Assembly (NCBI GenBank): GCA_947626095.1
Contig: CANQQV010000001.1
Location: 1 to 64,000 of the forward strand
From: an uncultured Bacilli bacterium
GTDB lineage: Bacteria; Bacillota_I; Bacilli_A; RF39; UBA660
Reading direction: 5' to 3'
DNA length: 64,000 bases
Shown: piece after piece, positions 42,249-52,973 of the stretch
How the letters are laid out: every line of letters begins with the position of its first letter
How positions within the stretch are numbered: position 1 is the first letter of the stretch
Notes under the pieces: model-generated
What the model was told of the DNA's origin: nothing
What the model saw: the letters and a program-made list of their open reading frames with translations, nothing else
Database searches by the model: none
Position numbers and translations under genes: made by a program

Positions 42249-43859
42249 TACCTTTACTTCATAATATACTATATATCTTTTAGTTCCCTTAGTATCAAAT
42301 CCTCTTTTAAATTCATAATTATCATTCACTTGTTTATTAAAATAATTTAAATAAATATCTAATATTATTTTACTATCTACTTTATCTACTTCTATTCTCT
42401 TAAGTAATAAACTAATTACATTCTCTAAAATATTATCTATCTTAACTTTAGCTTCTATTACTTCTTTTAATTTAATAATACTTCTATCTTCTTTATTTAA
42501 CTCATCTATCTTTTGTTCTAATAACTTTACCTTTTCATTAAATTCATTATTTTTCTTTTTAAATTCTCTATCACTTATAAGCTCATTTATCTTTAAATCT
42601 AACAACTTATCTTTCTTTATATTTATTCTATTTATTTCCTTTAATATGTCTTTATCTTTCTTACTATCTCTATTTAACTCTTTATAATAATTAACTAAGA
42701 TACTAACAACTTCTTTTAAATTAATATCTAACTTTTTTATTATATCTTTAAATATATAATTAAGTTCTGACTCTCTTATATTAGCTGAATCACAATATTC
42801 TTTACCATATCTTAAATATTCCGAACAAACCCAAGTAACATCTTTATTACTACATCTAAATATTCGCCGATAATATAAAGTCTTATGCTTCTTACAATAT
42901 ATCTTCGAACTATATAAATATTTATTATGATAACTATTTATCTTTTTCTTTCTTGCTTCTAATCTTTGATTAGCTATCTCCCATAACTTATCATCAATAA
43001 TTGGTGGTATTTTTTCTTTGTCTTCATACATTATCCATTCATCTTTTTTAAAGTATTTAATTCTTTTTGTCATATAATCTTCTACTTCTATTTTTTTTCC
43101 ACAATAAAAACCTTTATACTTAGGATTTTCTATCATTCTTGAAATAGTAGCTACTGACCACTTACTACCTTCTCTAGATAATATCTTATCTCTATTTAAT
43201 CTTTTACCTATTTCTGATAATGATAACTTATCTACCACATACCATTCAAATATCTTTCTTACTACTTTAGCTTCTTCATTTATAATAACTAACTTCTTTG
43301 TATTCTTATCTTTTCTATAACCATATAATAAATTATTACCTAGTATTTCTCCTCTTAAAATAGCTCTATTCATCCCAAACTTAACTCTTTCTGATAATCT
43401 TCTTATTTCATCCTGTGCCATTGAAGCCATTATTGTAAGTCTTAATTCTGCATCCGGTAAAGCCGTATTAATATTATCATTAAGAAATAAAACAGCTACC
43501 CCATAAGAAAGTAATTCTCTTGTATATTTAATACTATCTAAGGTATTTCTAGAAAACCTCGATATTTCTTTAGTAACTATTAAATCAAATTTATTCTTTT
43601 TAGCATCTTCTATCATTTTCATAAAGTTATCTCTTTTAATATCACTAGTTCCCGTAATACCTTCATCAATATATCCTGGTATATAAGTCCAATTAGGATT
43701 ATCTTTAATCATTTCTTCAAAATGTTCTTTTTGATTTATTAATGACTTCTTCTGTTCTATATGATTAGTTGAAACTCTCACATAATCAGTTACTCTTAAT
43801 TTAATATTAGTAAGTGAAACTCCCATACTTAATTCTTTACGTACTTGATATAAATCCAT
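42237..43859 (-). CDS. large serine recombinase of element 1
   Basis: YVRVST catalytic Ser, DEGITG, SRFSRN, YGY, Zn-ribbon (CKKH..C..C), coiled coil. Confidence 0.95.
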   Translation of the reverse strand: MDLYQVRKELSMGVSLTNIKLRVTDYVRVSTNHIEQKKSLINQKEHFEEMIKDNPNWTYIPGYIDEGITGTSDIKRDNFMKMIEDAKKNKFDLIVTKEISRFSRNTLDSIKYTRELLSYGVAVLFLNDNINTALPDAELRLTIMASMAQDEIRRLSERVKFGMNRAILRGEILGNNLLYGYRKDKNTKKLVIINEEAKVVRKIFEWYVVDKLSLSEIGKRLNRDKILSREGSKWSVATISRMIENPKYKGFYCGKKIEVEDYMTKRIKYFKKDEWIMYEDKEKIPPIIDDKLWEIANQRLEARKKKINSYHNKYLYSSKIYCKKHKTLYYRRIFRCSNKDVTWVCSEYLRYGKEYCDSANIRESELNYIFKDIIKKLDINLKEVVSILVNYYKELNRDSKKDKDILKEINRINIKKDKLLDLKINELISDREFKKKNNEFNEKVKLLEQKIDELNKEDRSIIKLKEVIEAKVKIDNILENVISLLLKRIEVDKVDSKIILDIYLNYFNKQVNDNYEFKRGFDTKGTKRYIVYYEVKVLFR

Positions 43860-43987
43860 TATTCTTTTCCTAACTCCCCAAGTATTTTATTTTCAACTAT
43901 TTTATAATCTTGATAATTTATCATTCCATCTGTGTATAACTCTCTATTTATTAACAAAGCTATTTCTAAATATAATCTATTATTCAC
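43859..43987 (-). CDS. 42-aa ORF coupled to recombinase 1 (SHOCT-like; candidate directionality factor)
   Basis: GTG-NNRLYLEIALLINRELYTDGMINYQDYKIVENKILGELGKE, stop overlaps recombinase start (TAATG); not in the ORF track. Confidence 0.6.
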   Translation of the reverse strand: MNNRLYLEIALLINRELYTDGMINYQDYKIVENKILGELGKE

Positions 43988-44054
43988 AATTCATCACTTA
44001 CTTAAAGCTATGAATAATAACCATTATTTAGTACTTTCTTACTCTTACATTAAG

Positions 44055-44463
44055 TGAACCAAATGCAACAAAGTTAGAAAAAGAAGGTTTAGGTTATGTC
44101 GTTGGAAGTATTGGTGAATTATCTGGTGAAATGCCATATACTGCTTTCTATGCTCGTCAAAGTTATCTAGATAAAAATGAAGATCTAATAAAAAAATTTA
44201 ACAATGCTATTAATAAAGGTTTAGATTATGTTAAAACGCATAATGAAAAAGAAATTGCAAAAATCATACTACCACAATTTCCAGATACCTCACTTAATGA
44301 TATTGAAGCAATTGTTAAAAGATATAAAGATGCTGATTCATGGCTTAATAATACAACCATAAGTGAAGAATCATATCGAAATTTAGAGAATATAATGATA
44401 GATAATGATTTATTAGATGATTACGTTCCATTTAAAGATTTAGTAATTAATTTAAATGACTAA
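44055..44463 (+). CDS. NitT/TauT-family ABC substrate-binding protein, 3' part
   Basis: Open frame EPNATKLEKEGLGYVVGSIGELSGEMPYTAF... continues the 5' part after excision. Confidence 0.92.
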
Positions 44464-44876
44464 AATCTTAGAAGTTAAAAATATAAGTAAAAAGTTTAAT
44501 ACTACTAAAGGTGAAATAGAAGCTATTAAAGATATTAGTTTTACTGTTAATGAAGGAGAATTTATTGCCATAGTTGGCACCTCAGGTTGTGGTAAAAGTA
44601 CCTTACTTTCCATTTTAGCTAATCTAACCAATCAAACTAATGGTTCTATTAAATATTATAAAGATAATCCTATTATTGGTTACATGCTCCAAGAAGATGC
44701 TTTATTTGAACATTTAAAGATCATTGATAATGTTTATCTCGGTTTAAAAGTTCAACATAAATTAACCGAAGATAACAAACAATATGCTTTAGACTTATTA
44801 AAAAAATATAACTTAGATAAATTCATTAATCAAAAACCAAGCGAATTATCTGGTGGTATGAAACAAAGAGTTGCTT
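44456..44876 (+). CDS. NitT/TauT-family ABC ATPase (YtlC-like), 5' part, interrupted by element 2
   Basis: GTSGCGKST Walker A and LSGGMKQRVA, then an immediate TGA; no Walker B. Confidence 0.93.
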
Positions 44877-44902
44877 GAATACTACAAACACACTTTCACA
44901 TA

Positions 44903-44931
44903 AAAAAACTGATAAAATTATTTATCAGTTT
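44903..44931. terminator. bidirectional terminator just inside the left end of element 2
   Basis: AAAACTGATAAA-ATTA-TTTATCAGTTTT hairpin. Confidence 0.7.
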
Positions 44932-45922
44932 TAATATCTTTAACTTTTTTAGGTTTTATTGCTAAGAAACAAATTGTTCCCGCTATACCTACTAAAGCAA
45001 CTCCAATAACAATCTCAACTATTTTAGAAATTAAACTATCATCATCTTCTGAATCAGTAGATTCTTCATCACTACCATCTTTATCTTCAGTATCATCATC
45101 TGTATCATAGTCATAATCATAATCACCATTATCATTGTTATCATCGTCATCTTGTTTATCATCATCTGTAGACGTTTTATCATCAGAGCTGTTATCATTT
45201 TGATTACTACCATTATTTCCTGAATTGTTTGCTGAACTATTATTGTTATTATTTGATCCATTATTAGAACTTCCCGAATTTGAATTATTACCAGAAGATC
45301 CATTATTATTTGAACCACTATTATTACCAGAAGATTGATTATTATTTTTATCATCATCTTTACTATCATCTGGTTTACTATCTTCACCAGGTTTCTTATC
45401 GTCTTTATCTTCTGTTGTACTACTTACTTTAAAAGTAAATGATTTATCTTTACTTTCTGGAGCAACAGTATTTAATTTCCAAGTATTATCTAGAATCATT
45501 AATTTAGTACACTCTAAACTATACTTCACTTCTTTTGTAGTACCATTTTCAAAAATAATGTTACCTATAACTAGTTCTTTATTGATATTTAATAAATTAT
45601 TTTTATTACTAACTCCACCAGTTGTTACTTTAATGTTTATTGTTTTATTTTTCTCATCATGTGTAACATTTTGTGTATATTCTTTTTTAGTTAGTCCACT
45701 ATCTAAGTTAATCTGTTTGTATTTAACGTTACCACTATATTTAAGTGTTATATCAATACCACCAACAAATCCATCTTCAAAATGAATAGAAGTTTTAATG
45801 TTTCCGTTACTAGTCTCATCAAACACCATTTTAGTAGCAGCTTTAACAGAAGTAAGTGAGATAAAGATGCTTATAAGAAGCAATCCAATAGTTGTAATTA
45901 TTCTCTTTTGCATCTTTATCAT
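44918..45922 (-). CDS. cell-surface anchor protein with cohesin-like domain
   Basis: Signal peptide, about 140-aa beta domain (VGGIDITLKYS, IGNIIF), Asn/Ser/Asp linker, C-terminal TM with basic tail. Confidence 0.55.
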   Translation of the reverse strand: MIKMQKRIITTIGLLLISIFISLTSVKAATKMVFDETSNGNIKTSIHFEDGFVGGIDITLKYSGNVKYKQINLDSGLTKKEYTQNVTHDEKNKTINIKVTTGGVSNKNNLLNINKELVIGNIIFENGTTKEVKYSLECTKLMILDNTWKLNTVAPESKDKSFTFKVSSTTEDKDDKKPGEDSKPDDSKDDDKNNNQSSGNNSGSNNNGSSGNNSNSGSSNNGSNNNNNSSANNSGNNGSNQNDNSSDDKTSTDDDKQDDDDNNDNGDYDYDYDTDDDTEDKDGSDEESTDSEDDDSLISKIVEIVIGVALVGIAGTICFLAIKPKKVKDIKTDK

Positions 45923-48900
45923 CTCCTATCAGTTATTTGCATTCCTGGTAAATTATCATAAGGAACTAAATTATTAACAGTTTTCGATGTACTAGTTAAT
46001 CTTTGACCATCATTTGTCTCTGCATCATTGACACGATATAAATATGCGCGAATAGCTTCTGCATCAGTTAGCATTTTTTCATATTCTTCTTTACTCATAA
46101 TGTATAACCAAGTACCATCAGCAACTTCATATACCGAGCGATCACTATTTAATGTCGCAAATATTAGCTCTTCACCAGCATAAACAATTGTTTCGTTATT
46201 AGCTTTACCAATTAGTATTGCATTCAATGCAGGATTACCACGATATGATCCTTGAATTACAACTGAACCAGCTTTTATTACGCCCTTCTTACCTATTACC
46301 TTGCCATTTTTATCTACTTCGTCTTTTTCACATTCTTTTTCATCTGTTAAGTAACAATAATCACTTTCTAACTTACCTACAGTGGTAATATCAACATTAT
46401 CTCCAGGAGGAGCAATGACATCAATCTCTGCTCCAGATAAACTAGTCTTACTATCAGATTCTATCTTGATATAATTAATTTTATTATAAGTCCATAATTG
46501 ATTCTTGCTATCAGTACCTTCTTTCATAAAGTAAATAGTATCTTCAAGAGTTTCATCACTACCTACTGAAGTGTTAAATGTACCAACAGCTGCTTGTTTC
46601 CAACTATTATTTTCACCATCTTCACTTACATAAATCTTATATTTAGTAATTGTATTAGGATCTATTTGTCCATCAGTAACTAAAGCACGATACTTAATAC
46701 CACTTACAGACATTGGATTATTTAAATTAATAATTACATAAGCATTACCATTATCAGTAGTCATACTAGGTATTTGATTAGCATCATACTTTAATGTTGG
46801 AATCTTCTTAGTACCAATAAAACCAGTATTAATATTGCCATCAATTAAGTTATTAACGCTTAATTTAGAATAATCAAAGTCTTTATCTTCATAATCAACT
46901 TCTTCATTTTCTGCTTGTACATTTGATGAAATAGTAAATGCATCTTTCTTAACACTACCATCATGAGCTATCTTAACTTCTGGTAGAACTACTTCATTAG
47001 TTTTATTTAAATAATAATCATAAGCAACAACTGAATATGTATAAGCACGATTATTTTCTGCTCCTACATTATCAACAAAACTACTTACACCATCTTCATT
47101 TTCTACAAAACCAATAGAAACACCATTACGTAATATTTCAAATCCTAAAATTTTATCGCTATCTTTATTTAAATTAAAATTAATAGTTACACGTTTATCT
47201 TTACTACTAGCTTCAACAACACTAGCTTCTAGAATTTCAGCTCCTTCGCTAATACTTCCAACTTTAGCTAACTTTTGACGCCATGCATTATCATTTAAAT
47301 AATAAATAGCTCTAGTTTCTTTTGAAATACCTTCAATTGAATCAATTTCTTTTTTCAATTTATCATTTGTAACTTTTAATCCCCAAGCTTCAAAGAAATC
47401 TGTTAAATCCTTTTTCGTTGCCATTGAAGCAAACAAGATTGTTAATTCATCTCTTGAATAATTATTTTCATTTTTATAATTTCTTGCAATTCTATTTACC
47501 TTAGCATAGATAGAATTTTCATCTTTAAATGTTTTACCTTCATCATAAGCTAAATGTAATTGCCAATACATACCTAATTGAACAAATACATTTTGTGCTC
47601 GACCAGTCGTATGTGATGTAACTTTTTCATAAATCTTATCATAACCTTGATTTTCTAAACGAGATTCATCATGATCATTACTTGTTTGCGCAAGTAAAGC
47701 ATAAATATTATTTGTAACTTCAGCAAATACTGTATCTTTTAAATTGATTTGGTGTCCAACTTCATGGCTAATTCCCCAACCAAAGTATCCAGTTTTACTA
47801 TCAGTATTTCTACTAGCTTGAACAAGTCCAGCAATTGAACCATATTCAATACCAACATGGTAACCACCAGCATACATAAATGCTCCATAGAACATTTGCA
47901 TGTAGCGAATATTAATTCTAGCTTTAGGCATTCTATCAGTCGATTTTGTATCGTCTGTTTCAATAAATCCTTTTTGACGATAGAAGAAATCCATCATTTC
48001 GTCAAATGCTTCCATAGATTCATATAATCTATTAACTTTTTGTTCTAATGTAGTATTATCATTTTTTAATGCCTCTTCAACAGCAACACTAGATACAGAA
48101 AATAATCCATATTTTGTAACAATTTCTGTTGATCCTAAAACACTAGAAGATTTATCAAATTTACCATCTATTAATTTATTTTCATCAGCATAAACTTTAT
48201 ATTCTGTTCTTAATTTACTATTATATGCTTCTAATTCATTAATATATTCTCTAATTGCATTTTTCTTTTCATCTGTGCTAGTTAGATTAGTTGTATCAAC
48301 CATTGGTATTTTAGTACCACCACTAACACGTACTCTAATCGGCGTATTAGCATTTGGAGTTGATGTATAACGTATATAAACGCTACCACCACGTTCAGCA
48401 TCAGATGCAGAACCAATTTGTTGTATCTCAATTACATTTAATCCTCTTTTTAGTTTCCCAGCTGATTTTTGCCATGCAGCAGCTTCAGCATGATATTGTG
48501 TATATATTAATTCAGCTGTAACATAACCATTTCTATCAACTGGTGCATCACTAGCAACATAGACATTTAGTTTTTCACCAGGTCTAGCTACTATTCCTAA
48601 TGGTTGATAATCACTAATTGTCATTGCAAATCTAACATGATTATTATAATAATTTGATATATTTGGATTTAAAGTAATTATATCATCTATTTTTTCATCA
48701 TTTAAAATCTTTTGTGCATATTCTAAATCTGCTAAAATACTTTCTTTATAAGGATTATCTTCACCATGATCTTGTTCTTCTGCTCTTGCTTTCAACTCGT
48801 TTATCTTATTTTGATCTACATTTTCTTTTAATGTTAATCTAAAGTCATCAGCAAATAAAGCAGCCACCTCATCAACTAATGAATCATACTGATAAAATTT

Positions 48901-51180
48901 AACTTCATCTATTTTTATATCACGTTGATTATTAGCAACAGTTAAACCAAAAGCAACCGCTTTAGCTTCAATAGGATCTTCAAGTTTTAATAAATAATAA
49001 GTACGACCTTGTTTATCAGTTTTAGCTGTTAAAGTACCTGGTACTTCTTGACGATCTTTATTATCATAAATATCATGTGCATCAGCCCAATAATGTACTT
49101 TAATATCATTACTATTTGGTCCACCACTTTTTAATTTAGCACCATAATTATCTGGAATCGTTAAAACAAATTCATCCATTTTATACTTATTATCTAATAC
49201 AAATACTGGTGTTCCAGTATTATATCCATTACTAGCTGAAATCGTCCAATCACTATGATACCAATAAGTATTATAGTCATCATCAACCATTGAATACTTA
49301 TCACCATTAACCATTGTACCTGCTGTATAATGAACTTCTTCAACACGAACTGTCTTACCATCTTTAACTTCATCATTAATTAATTTATATCTAGGTACTA
49401 TAGCAGCACCTCCAACTAAAGTTCTAGCTTCTACCATTGTATAACTATCACTTTCACCGATTGGATTAACACCTATTACATAAGCTTCATAAACTGTATC
49501 AGCATTTAATCCAGTAACAACATAACTATTATTTGTAAGGTTATCCACTAAATTAAACACAGATGTACCTTTTTCACGCCAATATAATTTATAAGATGTT
49601 GTATCATCCATTTTTTTCCAAGAATAAGTAATTTTACCATAACCAGGAGTTGCACTAACATTATCTACTTTTGGTGCTTTACCAGAAGCTTTAGGTGTAC
49701 CTTCATGTTCATCACTCCAGCCACTACGCCATTCTTGATTAGTTGATCTAACTTTTATTTTATAAGTTACATAGTTCTTTAAATCTTCAATCGTAAATTC
49801 AGAGAATGTTGTTTGGAATACTACACCATTTTTAGTACCACCATTAATTTCAATTTCATAACCTGTTACATTAGGAACATCTTGAAATTTAATTGTTAAT
49901 TGTTCACTTTTTGAATCATCAATACGAATATTTTGTGGTGTATAGAATCCCTCTGGTTCTTTTGTTTCTACCTTAACATTATTTAAGAATTCTACTTTAG
50001 CTATATCAGCTAAAGTATTTGAAGAAGTCTCAGTAATAACTATTGTTACTTTTTTAACAGCTACTTGACTGCCTAAATCAACTTTAATAGTTCCTTCAGC
50101 TACTTCATCAGTAAACTTATGAACTCCTTCTTCAGCCTTAGGTGTTGTATTATCAACCACGTATTCATGAGTCTCACCTTCACTGTCTTCTACATATAAT
50201 TTCATTTTTTGTGGTACATTATCTTGTCCAACAGCTATTCTTATTTCACTCATTTCAATAGTTTCTGATTGTTTACTACCTAAATCTAAAGCTAACTTAA
50301 CTGGATTATCTTCTGAAATAGAACCTTCACTATCACTTTTTAGTTGTACTACCTCATTTGAATCAATAAATATATTACTTATGTCACTACCTTCTACAAT
50401 ACTAGTACCTTGTGGTAATTCTACAGCTACATTATCATTACTCATAATTGCACTAGTATCCTCAATTAGTAATTCACCTTTAGAAGAATTCATAACTGCT
50501 GTAATATAATTTAAATCAGCTATATCTACAACACCATCTAGATTTAAATCCTTACTAGTATCGTTATTTTCAATAGCTTCAATCATTATTTTTTCATCTG
50601 CTTCATTTACTTTATTATCGTGATTAACATCACCTATTTCAAATAAACCAGCCGTATTAGATAAACTAACTCTTTTTGAAAAATCTTTTAATGTTACTGG
50701 AACGCTATAAGTAACAAAGTTAGTTCCACTAAATTCTAATGTATATTTACCAGTCTTTAATGAATATAAATTAATACTATAATAAACAATATTATCTTCA
50801 TTTTCACCAGATATGACATTTCCATTAAAATCACGTTTAGTAATTAAAACACGAATATTTTGTTCTTCACCTATATTAACAGTTGTGTTATAAATACCAC
50901 TTTGATCTTTTTCAACGTCATCTAATTTTATTGACCCTTTATTATTATTTTCGTCAATAACACTTAAAGTAATATTTGATTTATTTTTATTTCTAATTGG
51001 TAAAGCTAATTGAAGTTCAACTTCAATATTTCCTTTAGCTTCAATGTTATCTAACTGTACACTATGGGCGACTTCATTATTTAACCCATCCATCGCCATT
51101 ACGATTAATGGCGAAAAACTATTAAATAGCATTGCAACTACCAATAAAATTGATAATATTTTGTTCCATATTTTAATCAT
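45919..51180 (-). CDS. M60-like metallopeptidase with dockerin, FN3 and F5/8-like modules
   Basis: WGISHEVGH..EVTNN, QPLGIVARPGE, GGSVY; GDVNHDNKVNEAD and DLNLDGVVDIAD Ca-loops; two FN3 repeats. Confidence 0.88.
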   Translation of the reverse strand: MIKIWNKILSILLVVAMLFNSFSPLIVMAMDGLNNEVAHSVQLDNIEAKGNIEVELQLALPIRNKNKSNITLSVIDENNNKGSIKLDDVEKDQSGIYNTTVNIGEEQNIRVLITKRDFNGNVISGENEDNIVYYSINLYSLKTGKYTLEFSGTNFVTYSVPVTLKDFSKRVSLSNTAGLFEIGDVNHDNKVNEADEKIMIEAIENNDTSKDLNLDGVVDIADLNYITAVMNSSKGELLIEDTSAIMSNDNVAVELPQGTSIVEGSDISNIFIDSNEVVQLKSDSEGSISEDNPVKLALDLGSKQSETIEMSEIRIAVGQDNVPQKMKLYVEDSEGETHEYVVDNTTPKAEEGVHKFTDEVAEGTIKVDLGSQVAVKKVTIVITETSSNTLADIAKVEFLNNVKVETKEPEGFYTPQNIRIDDSKSEQLTIKFQDVPNVTGYEIEINGGTKNGVVFQTTFSEFTIEDLKNYVTYKIKVRSTNQEWRSGWSDEHEGTPKASGKAPKVDNVSATPGYGKITYSWKKMDDTTSYKLYWREKGTSVFNLVDNLTNNSYVVTGLNADTVYEAYVIGVNPIGESDSYTMVEARTLVGGAAIVPRYKLINDEVKDGKTVRVEEVHYTAGTMVNGDKYSMVDDDYNTYWYHSDWTISASNGYNTGTPVFVLDNKYKMDEFVLTIPDNYGAKLKSGGPNSNDIKVHYWADAHDIYDNKDRQEVPGTLTAKTDKQGRTYYLLKLEDPIEAKAVAFGLTVANNQRDIKIDEVKFYQYDSLVDEVAALFADDFRLTLKENVDQNKINELKARAEEQDHGEDNPYKESILADLEYAQKILNDEKIDDIITLNPNISNYYNNHVRFAMTISDYQPLGIVARPGEKLNVYVASDAPVDRNGYVTAELIYTQYHAEAAAWQKSAGKLKRGLNVIEIQQIGSASDAERGGSVYIRYTSTPNANTPIRVRVSGGTKIPMVDTTNLTSTDEKKNAIREYINELEAYNSKLRTEYKVYADENKLIDGKFDKSSSVLGSTEIVTKYGLFSVSSVAVEEALKNDNTTLEQKVNRLYESMEAFDEMMDFFYRQKGFIETDDTKSTDRMPKARINIRYMQMFYGAFMYAGGYHVGIEYGSIAGLVQASRNTDSKTGYFGWGISHEVGHQINLKDTVFAEVTNNIYALLAQTSNDHDESRLENQGYDKIYEKVTSHTTGRAQNVFVQLGMYWQLHLAYDEGKTFKDENSIYAKVNRIARNYKNENNYSRDELTILFASMATKKDLTDFFEAWGLKVTNDKLKKEIDSIEGISKETRAIYYLNDNAWRQKLAKVGSISEGAEILEASVVEASSKDKRVTINFNLNKDSDKILGFEILRNGVSIGFVENEDGVSSFVDNVGAENNRAYTYSVVAYDYYLNKTNEVVLPEVKIAHDGSVKKDAFTISSNVQAENEEVDYEDKDFDYSKLSVNNLIDGNINTGFIGTKKIPTLKYDANQIPSMTTDNGNAYVIINLNNPMSVSGIKYRALVTDGQIDPNTITKYKIYVSEDGENNSWKQAAVGTFNTSVGSDETLEDTIYFMKEGTDSKNQLWTYNKINYIKIESDSKTSLSGAEIDVIAPPGDNVDITTVGKLESDYCYLTDEKECEKDEVDKNGKVIGKKGVIKAGSVVIQGSYRGNPALNAILIGKANNETIVYAGEELIFATLNSDRSVYEVADGTWLYIMSKEEYEKMLTDAEAIRAYLYRVNDAETNDGQRLTSTSKTVNNLVPYDNLPGMQITDRR

Positions 51181-51358
51181 AATTTCACCTCGCTAATATT
51201 ATATATTATGACTAAATTTCTGACAATAGAATTTTGCAATTTTTTCCCTAAAATACCCTAAAAAGTTCTATATATTAAATTCTTTAATACAATAATATTA
51301 AGTTTTAAAATTTTTATAACTGTTTATAACGATTATATAAATAAAAGGTGAATAAAAA

Positions 51359-51460
51359 ATGTCATATAAAATTATTAATTTATATCAAAATATAAACTCT
51401 GAAATTATTAATTATAAACTATCACTTATTCTTAAATTAATGGAGTCAAATAATGATTAA
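51359..51460 (+). CDS. 33-aa ORF coupled to recombinase 2
   Basis: SD AAAGGTGA, MSYKIINLYQNINSEIINYKLSLILKLMESNND, stop overlaps recombinase start (ATGATTAA); not in the ORF track. Confidence 0.45.
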   Translation: MSYKIINLYQNINSEIINYKLSLILKLMESNND

Positions 51461-52958
51461 AGTTGGTATATATTTAAGATTATCTAAAGAAGATAAAGAT
51501 AAAATAAATATTGAAGACAATAGTGAATCTATTAAAAACCAACGTCATCTTCTTTTAGATTACATCTCTAAACATCAAGATTACATCTTAGTAAATGAAT
51601 ATTGTGATGAAGATTTATCTGGTGCCGGTACATATCGTCCTGAATTTACCAGATTAATTAAAGATTGTGAAAACCACAAACTAGATCTTGTCCTTTGTAA
51701 AAGTCAATCAAGATTCTCTCGTGATATGGAAGTAATTGAAAAATACTTACATAACAAGTTTAATGAATGGCACATTAGATTTATTAGTTTAGCTGATAAT
51801 GCTGATACTAATAATCTCGGTAATAAAAAAGCTCGTCAGATAAATGGTTTAGTTAATGAATGGTATTTAGAAGATATTTCAAATAATATCCGTAGTGCTT
51901 TTAATATTAAAATGAAACAAGGTGAATATATCTCACCTTTTGCTCCTTATGGTTATGAAATATCTTCTAAAGATAATAATAAACTTATTATTGATCCTAT
52001 TGCTTCTTACATAGTAAAAGATATTTATACTTTCTACTTAAAAGGTTATAGCTATACAAAAATAGCTAATTACTTAAATAATAAAAATATCCCTAGTCCC
52101 TCATACTATAAATATCTAAAAGGTAGTAAATTAAATATCATCAGTAATAAACCTCGTAAAGATATTCTCTGGTCTCCTAATGCTATAAAACATATTTTAA
52201 CTAATGAAATATATATTGGTAACTTAGTTCAAGGTAAAAGAACAACTATTAGTTATAAAAATCATAAAATAATTACTAAAGAACAAAGTAAATGGATTAA
52301 GTCATTAAATACCCATGAACCAATAATAAATAAAGATACTTTTACTAAAGTCCAAGAATTAATTAAGCAAAAAGCAAGACCTCTAAAAAACAACAAAATT
52401 ATTCACTCTTTTTCTCATAAAGTCTATTGCCTTCATTGTCACCATTTAATGCGTAAGAAAAATTCTCATACTCACGAATATCTTTTCTGTCCTAATCCTA
52501 ATTGTTCTAACACTTCCATTAGATATGATACTTTAGAACAAATAATCTTATCTAAAATAAATAACTTAGTTAAAAAATACTATAACAAAGATTTACTTAA
52601 TAAATATCTCAATAACCAAGATCAATTAAATAATTTAATAAAAGAACAAAAAGATTTAGAAACTAAAATAATTAATCACCAAAATATCTTATTTAGTATT
52701 TACGAAGATAGATTAAATAAGCTTCTTACTACTACTGAGTTTAAAGACCTAACAACTAACTACCAAAAAAGAAAAACTATCTACCAAAAACAACTAAACC
52801 AAATTACAAAGCAAATCTCTTTATATAATCCCCCTTCTCTTAACTTTAAATCATTTACTAAACTAAATTATCTTATAACTAATGAATTTATCTCTAAGAT
52901 CTTCATTAGTTCAATAAAAAACCAAGTAAGAACAATTAATATTATCTGGAACTTTTAG
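51453..52958 (+). CDS. large serine recombinase of element 2
   Basis: YLRLSKED, SESIKNQ, DEDLSG, RPEF, SRFSRD, APYGY, THEPII, CLHC..CPNPNC. Confidence 0.95.
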   Translation: MIKVGIYLRLSKEDKDKINIEDNSESIKNQRHLLLDYISKHQDYILVNEYCDEDLSGAGTYRPEFTRLIKDCENHKLDLVLCKSQSRFSRDMEVIEKYLHNKFNEWHIRFISLADNADTNNLGNKKARQINGLVNEWYLEDISNNIRSAFNIKMKQGEYISPFAPYGYEISSKDNNKLIIDPIASYIVKDIYTFYLKGYSYTKIANYLNNKNIPSPSYYKYLKGSKLNIISNKPRKDILWSPNAIKHILTNEIYIGNLVQGKRTTISYKNHKIITKEQSKWIKSLNTHEPIINKDTFTKVQELIKQKARPLKNNKIIHSFSHKVYCLHCHHLMRKKNSHTHEYLFCPNPNCSNTSIRYDTLEQIILSKINNLVKKYYNKDLLNKYLNNQDQLNNLIKEQKDLETKIINHQNILFSIYEDRLNKLLTTTEFKDLTTNYQKRKTIYQKQLNQITKQISLYNPPSLNFKSFTKLNYLITNEFISKIFISSIKNQVRTINIIWNF

Positions 52959-52973
52959 TGTCTTTACTACTTT

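Larger units (their letters stand above)
23803..44059. mobile_element. element 1: 20,252-bp serine-recombinase intervening element in the substrate-binding gene
   Basis: Direct core TGAAC at 23803-23807 and 44055-44059; joining restores the frame; recombinase gene next to the right junction. Confidence 0.9.

Noticed and set aside
44131-44463. Stand-alone 110-aa gene (and likewise the 64-aa ORF at 53121-53315)
   Set aside because: Both are in-frame 3' portions of the split ABC genes, open back to the att cores
45031-45387. Met/Ile-rich 118-aa ORF
   Set aside because: Shifted-frame reading of the Asn/Asp linker of the anchor protein
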